This document shows, one piece after another, positions 1 through 5,427 of a DNA stretch of 5,427 nt. Numbering within the stretch: position 1 is the first letter of the stretch; each line of letters opens with the position of its first letter. This DNA comes from Trichoplax adhaerens (lineage: Eukaryota; Animalia; Placozoa), in NCBI RefSeq assembly GCF_000150275.1, contig NW_002060958.1:1623037-1628463 (forward strand), given 5' to 3'. The position numbers and the translations under genes were made by a program. Below the pieces are notes generated by a model. That model saw nothing but the letters and a program-made list of their open reading frames with translations. It was not told the origin of the DNA and ran no database searches.

Positions 1-3000
1 CTTTGACAGTTAACTAAATGAGGGCAAATAGCGGGTAAAACTTGGCCGATCGCAGCACAGTTTTGCGAGGACAGTCTATTAATATACTGTAGTTCATGAT
101 TTTACCCTAAAAAATAAATCGTTACTGAATGATATACGCGTATGCAAAATTCAAAAATGTTACCGTGATACACTATTCCTTTTGCCCTTCAAGCATTAAG
201 AAAATAAGATTGATCAGTACACAGCACACTTTTCAATGCACTAATCTGTGTCTAATACGAAGCGAATACAGTAATCTATTCAGTACCCAATGAATTTACC
301 ATGGTGTAAACAATATGTGAAATAAATCTGTTTTATCCTACAGCATTAAGGAAGATTGATCTGTGTATAGGACAACATGAGAGGAATACTAATGTCAAAT
401 CGATTTATGATGATGCAAATGGATGACGGAAAGTAGAATAATTGTATCCTACAGGTGGGGTACAACATTAAAATTAGTTAATACTCAATGTCTAGAAGGA
501 AACATGAGATACATTAGGTATAAACTGGATTGGTGATACTACAAACACGTCTTTCTTGAGTACGTTAGTTTGTACGCTGCAGGATTCCATATAATAACTA
601 AAAGTCTTGATGAATTTTCAGGATACGATTGAAGCCGAAACCTTGTGCTGTACGGCCACATAATGCGTAGCCAAAATGAACAATATTGATTTGAATTTTA
701 CTGTCGGTTAGTAGCGGACTTTGTATCCTAGTGAGATCACTAGGAATGGCGAGAAAGCATTTTAAGTGTTTGAGAGTTTTTATAGAGATTAATGCTAACG
801 TCATGAAAATAAAAGGAACAGAATTAATATAGAATAGAAACAATTTTAACGTGTCCCATGATATTTTTAGTAATCATAACTGTGAACTAGGTATGGAATA
901 GACTGAAACTTTAATAATTAATGTGCAAAATTAGACTACACTCTTAACGATAGAGTTTTAATCTACAATGATGAAAGACTATCTTTTATTTATTACTAGT
1001 AGATGAAAATTTAAACTATAATGACAAACGACTTGCTTTCACAAGCTAACATAGAAAAGCTTCGCACTACATCTAATCAACACATTCTAGTTAAATATTA
1101 GAGGCTACTTGTGGCACGAGTAGAAGGCAATTAAACTCTATCCTTTTCATTGTCTTGTTTATTTTTAATTTTAGAATAAAATTTAAATTGAGCTGGATAG
1201 CAAATATAGATGTGTAAAACACCGAATAAGGAGATTTTCTCTTTAGTAATAATTGACTCATTACAATACTATTCTCCTGTTATATCCATTCTACTACGTG
1301 CAAGTGAAACGAAAATACTTGTTTAAAAACGAAGACAGAGTAATTAGACGGCTGTGATGCAAGATGGAGTTTACCTAAATAGACTTTCGCTTTTAACTGT
1401 AATTTTAATAGGTTCGGCACATAACTTGAGCGCTAAAAGTATTTGGGAAAAGTTACTTGCAATAATTAAAGTACATTCCATTTTTGGTCAAATTTGATTT
1501 ATATGATTNAAGATTTTGATAGATTTAGTAGAAAAGCGAGATGATGATAATAAAACATTCCCATTTACATGGAAGAAATTACATTTCATTCATAAGACAA
1601 TAATATGTGTGAGAAAGGTCAAGGATACAGATGGGCCATAGATTATAACGGTAAGATTTGTTCTAGATTTATTTATCTGGATAAAAACAATTACAAGAGA
1701 ATTTTGTGAAGATTACAGTCTTAATTAGATGGTCTTTGGGTAATACTAATGCACTTGGTTACAATTTTATTTACAAATACTAGGTTACTGAAAGGACAGA
1801 AGTAACTTTATGATTTGACAAGCGTGAACTTGATCATTTGCAATCTCTATTCGTAGGATGACATTCTTAAGTCGTTATGAGTGAAACGAAGTGGCATGTT
1901 CTAATGTTAAATGTCGTTACTTTGATGCTGTAAATCTTTCATACTGTTAGGCAAGAAGGGAGCAGAAATTAAATATTTAAGATACAATGCTTTGACAGGA
2001 TTGTAGTAATATAGCTAGGCTATTCATTAGGAAAGCATGCCATTTCTACTTACCTATATCATTGTAATGTAGCTTAGTATTGTGATTGTAGACTGTTAGC
2101 CATGTTTAGTATAATGTAAGGTAGCGTAGCTTCTATATTTATCCTAAGAGATATTTGGTAGCCATAACTATAGGCTGTAGTGGTATAGACTCTATGCTAG
2201 AGTACAGATGACAACTAAATCTCAGGTGTGTTATTTTCACGTCATCTATCCAGTATACTAATAGTGTATGAAATATAAACTTAGATCTAGAAATTTTTAA
2301 CTCTACCATTGCCAGTTATTGACGTTAATTTTTCAATCTGCAATCAGGAATTAATTTACAAAGAAATTTTACTATTATCCCCTTCCATTTTCAGTACGAT
2401 TAATTAATTTTTGGTATGCATTGATTGGTGCCTTAAGATTAAATGTTGGCATAATATTAATGCCAGATTTTTGGTACCGCAACACAACATTCGCTAATAT
2501 GTTTAGCCCTTCTTTAATACATTTAAATAGAACAAGACAGATCAGGGTATTTCTTATTATCCTGACATCTTGCTACAGTAAGACTCTAAATACGGATGAA
2601 TTCCTATTATCGGGAAAAACAGGAACACAAAATACTAGTCTCTTGTACGTAACTAAACCCAAACTTTATTGAAGAATTATTCAATATGTAGTAAATCGAC
2701 AGAAACAGTGCTTACCAGTACTTTCGTAGAATTTATTATAAAATTATGAAGTTATCTATTTAAGTATGCATAACGTCATACATAAATTAATGTAAATGCA
2801 TTCCTACATACGTTTTCTTGTTGAAAGATTACCCATTCATTTCCGCCAATATTTATAAAGGGATGAACTAAATTGATACATTACAGTATTTATAACTAAT
2901 TGTCTTCTGAAGATAACTTTCTTTTATGATATTTTATAGATTAATTTCTTAATTCAATTAAATATTGTTCTGCCATTCTTAAATTCTGTAATTAACTGCT

Positions 3001-3668
3001 TTCATAAACTCTAGCTGCCCGAACCAATAATGTTGTGAAAATTAGACTAGATTAGATAGAAAAGTTGTAAGATATTTCGATTACAGTGTAATTCAATATG
3101 ATCAAAGAAAACTAGACAGATTTTGATCAAGCTATGCTATATCGTTTGTATATGACAGTAGCCTATTCTGCTACCTTACTTAAACAAAGAGGATAAAACT
3201 GAGCGATTAAGTACCGTTATTAATCTCTTTGTAATTGCATCAGTATATATGTGACATATATTCATTAATGAACATATTGATGGCGGCAATTTACTATGAC
3301 ATCTTTTCAATACTAATCATAAGTTATTCAAGCATTCCAAGCAGACTCTAAATCTCCATATTGCTGGCACCTTAGGGTACCGTTGGCTATTAACTAGATT
3401 TGGTAACTTACTGTATCGTACCGGATGATGTATGTAGAAGTAATAATACAGGTCAATCTTAGTAGTAGTATTATTTATAACCAGCTAATTTGAATTCGCG
3501 ATTATCATTAAGTAACGCTACTGATCACTGTGATTGTTAGCTTTGCTTGCTCCATTGGTACTAACATAATTGTTTATGGATCTGTACTTTGTCCTTAGCT
3601 AGAAAAAAAAATTTAAAATTGATGAAACAGCACGGTGAGTAAGCATTAGCTAAGGACATCGTTGATCA

Positions 3669-3761
3669 TACTTAACTTAAATGCTATACTTAAATGATAC
3701 TAAGTAAGTCATCAGTCTTTGAAGATCTCACGTACTAGCACTTTTATAAGTAAGTTAAGTA
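3669..3761. repeat. Perfect 11-bp inverted repeat with 71-nt spacer
   Basis: TACTTAACTTA (3669-3679) and TAAGTTAAGTA (3751-3761) are exact reverse complements. Confidence 0.5.
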
Positions 3762-3799
3762 CGAGCGGGTAGAGTGCTTTTCTAGAGTACTAGAAATAT

Positions 3800-3809
3800 T
3801 GTGTGTGTG
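3800..3809. repeat. Short (TG)5 microsatellite
   Basis: tgtgtgtgtg read directly. Confidence 0.4.
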
Positions 3810-4022
3810 AAAGTTGACAAACTAGTTCTATTGAACCTTAGTATTACTAAAAGGTAAAATGGAAATTTAGTCTTTATCTGCAATGGGCTAAACGGAACAT
3901 TAAGGCACAAGGTACCTGACTTAATGCAAGAATAGAACTAAGTGTTTCTAATAAGAGTTCTTTCTCAAAGCGTTACAAGCTAACTGTACTACAAAATGGA
4001 TAAATGTTCATTTTCTAATTAG

Positions 4023-4106
4023 ACACGCGTATTAGTAACTCATAACTTAAGCTTTCTTCCCCAAATGGATCAAATCTATGTCATGAATAAAGGTTTAATA
4101 GTTGAG
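4023..4106 (+). CDS. ABCC1-like: ABCC exon A: end of NBD1 including the H-loop (TRVLVTHNLSFLPQMDQIYVMNKGLIVE)
   Basis: Acceptor ttttctaattAG ends at 4022. It is followed by 28 open codons and a donor GTttgc at 4107. Matches the ABCC NBD1 consensus TRILVTH..x.LPQ.D.I.VM..G.I.E. Confidence 0.93.
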
Positions 4107-4181
4107 GTTTGCGAAATTAGTTTCTACTACCTTTGTGATTGGATAGCTATTGCAATATTTAAGCCACTACTTCTTCATTAG
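4107..4181 (+). other. GT-AG intron, 75 nt, phase 0
   Basis: GTTTGC...TTCATTAG; removal joins GLIVE to RGTY in frame. Confidence 0.9.
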
Positions 4182-4275
4182 AGGGGCACGTATAAAACGT
4201 TGACTGCAGATGGTGGAGCTTTTTCTGAAGTATTACAAACATTTACAAAAACTGATGAAACTCCAAATAAATATG
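4182..4275 (+). CDS. ABCC1-like: ABCC exon B: NBD1 C-terminus and start of linker (RGTYKTLTADGGAFSEVLQTFTKTDETPNKY)
   Basis: Acceptor cttcttcattAG ends at 4181 after a 75-nt intron (4107-4181). The frame continues from exon A and resembles GSY.ELL..DGAFAEFL.T. A phase-1 donor GTaata starts at 4276. Confidence 0.9.
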
Positions 4276-4388
4276 GTAATATGTATTTATAGCTCGTTGA
4301 TCAATATCTGTATATAAGTGAATTGTATCGAGGAAATATTTCATTTTCAAATGAGTATCACTGATCTTATGTCCGCATTCCATGTAAG
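4276..4388 (+). other. GT-AG intron, phase 1, 113 nt (131 nt if the acceptor is at 4406)
   Basis: GTAATA donor; branch-point-like CTGAT at 4361-4365; several candidate AG acceptors. Confidence 0.7.
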
Positions 4389-4609
4389 AAAAAGAATTAG
4401 ACTAAGACAATGACGATAATCAAGAAAATATCAAACTTAATCGTCAAGTAAGCGCCATTTCTACAGTATCATCGCCAGTACCTAATCCGAAAAATCGGAC
4501 AGGAGTTATTCGAATAAAGTCAAAGTCTAAGGACTCCTTTAAGAAACAATTGAAACGGGAAATTAAGAAAAAGAAAATTGCTAGTAATGAAGAAGCAATG
4601 TTAGGACAG
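4389..4609 (+). CDS. ABCC1-like: ABCC exon C: charged NBD1-TMD2 linker ending ...KKKKIASNEEAMLGQ; 5' boundary uncertain (4389 includes an in-frame TAA, 4407 avoids it)
   Basis: Open frame 4406-4609 (DNDDNQENIKLNRQVSAIST...SNEEAMLGQ) ends at the donor CAG|GTaaaa at 4610. EE.A.xGQ|V is the conserved pre-TMD2 motif. Candidate AGs end at 4388, 4394, 4400 and 4406, all phase-1 compatible. Confidence 0.8.
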
Positions 4610-4720
4610 GTAAAAATCAATTAACAAAATAATTTCTTGTAATCATTTAATTGAGAGGAGAATTATCCAACAAGTATGATTAACCTGTAGGTTATGTTCT
4701 TCATTTCCAATAACACTTAG
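4610..4720 (+). other. GT-AG intron, 111 nt, phase 0
   Basis: GTAAAA...CACTTAG; removal gives the conserved GQ|VK.SVY junction. Confidence 0.9.
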
Positions 4721-5242
4721 GTAAAAATGTCGGTATACTTGCTATATATGAAATCGATCGGATTCTTTTTAGGCATTAGTATCGTATTATTTGAGATTGC
4801 TGGCCAAGCATGTTATGCAGTGTCTAGCTTTTGGTCAGTTACATGGACTTCCAACCTAAATAATACCAATGCAACACAAAGCGATGAGTATTATCTCGGA
4901 ATTTATGGACTTATTGCAGCCATTCAAATTGTAGTTTTGGGAGTGAACGCTATCGTTATAGCATTTTAGCCCGAATCAAAGCATCCGACGATTTTCATTT
5001 TAATCTAGTTCATAGTGTGGTGAATGCACCTATATCCTTCTTCGATTCTACGCCCATTGGTAGAATTATTTATCGTTTCTCGCATGATATTAACGGAATC
5101 GATGAAGTTGTACCCACCATGTTTAGCGGCTTTCTTTCCATGTCTGTTAGTGCTCTTATGGTTATTGTCGTTGTCAGCGTATCTACACCGACATTTATAA
5201 ATAGCGATTGTACCACTTTTCATTATATATTTCTTTACTCAG
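4721..5242 (+). CDS. ABCC1-like: ABCC exon D: TMD2 helices and cytoplasmic loop, with two frameshifts (includes ORF-track entries 4727..4969 and 5017..5253)
   Basis: Acceptor taacacttAG ends at 4720. Translation: VKMSVYLLYMKSIG...GVNAIVIA /shift/ LARIKASDDFHFNLVHSVVNAPISFFDSTPIGRIIYRFSHDINGIDEVVP...VSTPTFI /shift/ IAIVPLFIIYFFTQ. Strong donor CAG|GTAAGG at 5243. Confidence 0.9.

Positions 5243-5427
<185 letters not shown>

Noticed and set aside
598-843. 81-aa minus-strand ORF
   Set aside because: Non-ATG start, no recognisable motif, composition typical of AT-rich non-coding DNA, and no convincing splice context.
2048-2134. Minus-strand exon candidate with AG|GTAAGT donor, reading KLRYLTLY (LRR-like)
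   Set aside because: Stop codon after 8 residues, the LRR pattern is not completed, and no neighbouring exons were found.
2000-2210. TAG/CTA-rich stretch, considered as a repeat array
   Set aside because: No consistent unit or period; compositional bias only.
2421-2672. 83-aa plus-strand ORF containing LSGKTG
   Set aside because: TTG start in a eukaryotic context. LSGKTG is neither the LSGGQ signature nor a Walker A motif in proper context.
3041-3060. ATTAG/ACTAG pentamer run
   Set aside because: Only about 4 imperfect units; expected by chance in AT-rich DNA.
5005-5223. 72-aa minus-strand ORF
   Set aside because: Antisense shadow of ABCC exon D.

Overview
AT-rich (roughly one third GC, by eye) eukaryotic genomic DNA, probably animal, with short spliceosomal introns. 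The only well-supported gene is on the + strand from 4023 to the right edge. It has five exons of an ABCC/MRP-type (multidrug resistance-associated protein, ABCC1/2/3-like) ABC transporter, covering the NBD1 H-loop, the NBD1-TMD2 linker and most of TMD2 up to the SRSP motif. As written this copy is disrupted: two frameshifts (about 4964-4967 and 5199-5201), a probable in-frame TAA (4403-4405), a splice acceptor reading CG instead of AG (5330-5331), and substitutions at conserved residues. Its upstream exons (Walker A, signature, Walker B) were not found in the preceding 4 kb. It is therefore either a young 5'-truncated unprocessed pseudogene or an error-rich assembly of a real gene. Bases 1-4022 look non-coding, with a few weak signals: nested inverted repeats, degenerate short repeats and a possible orphan exon. 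I found no convincing evidence of a novel system, and no prokaryotic features, CRISPR array or RNA gene.
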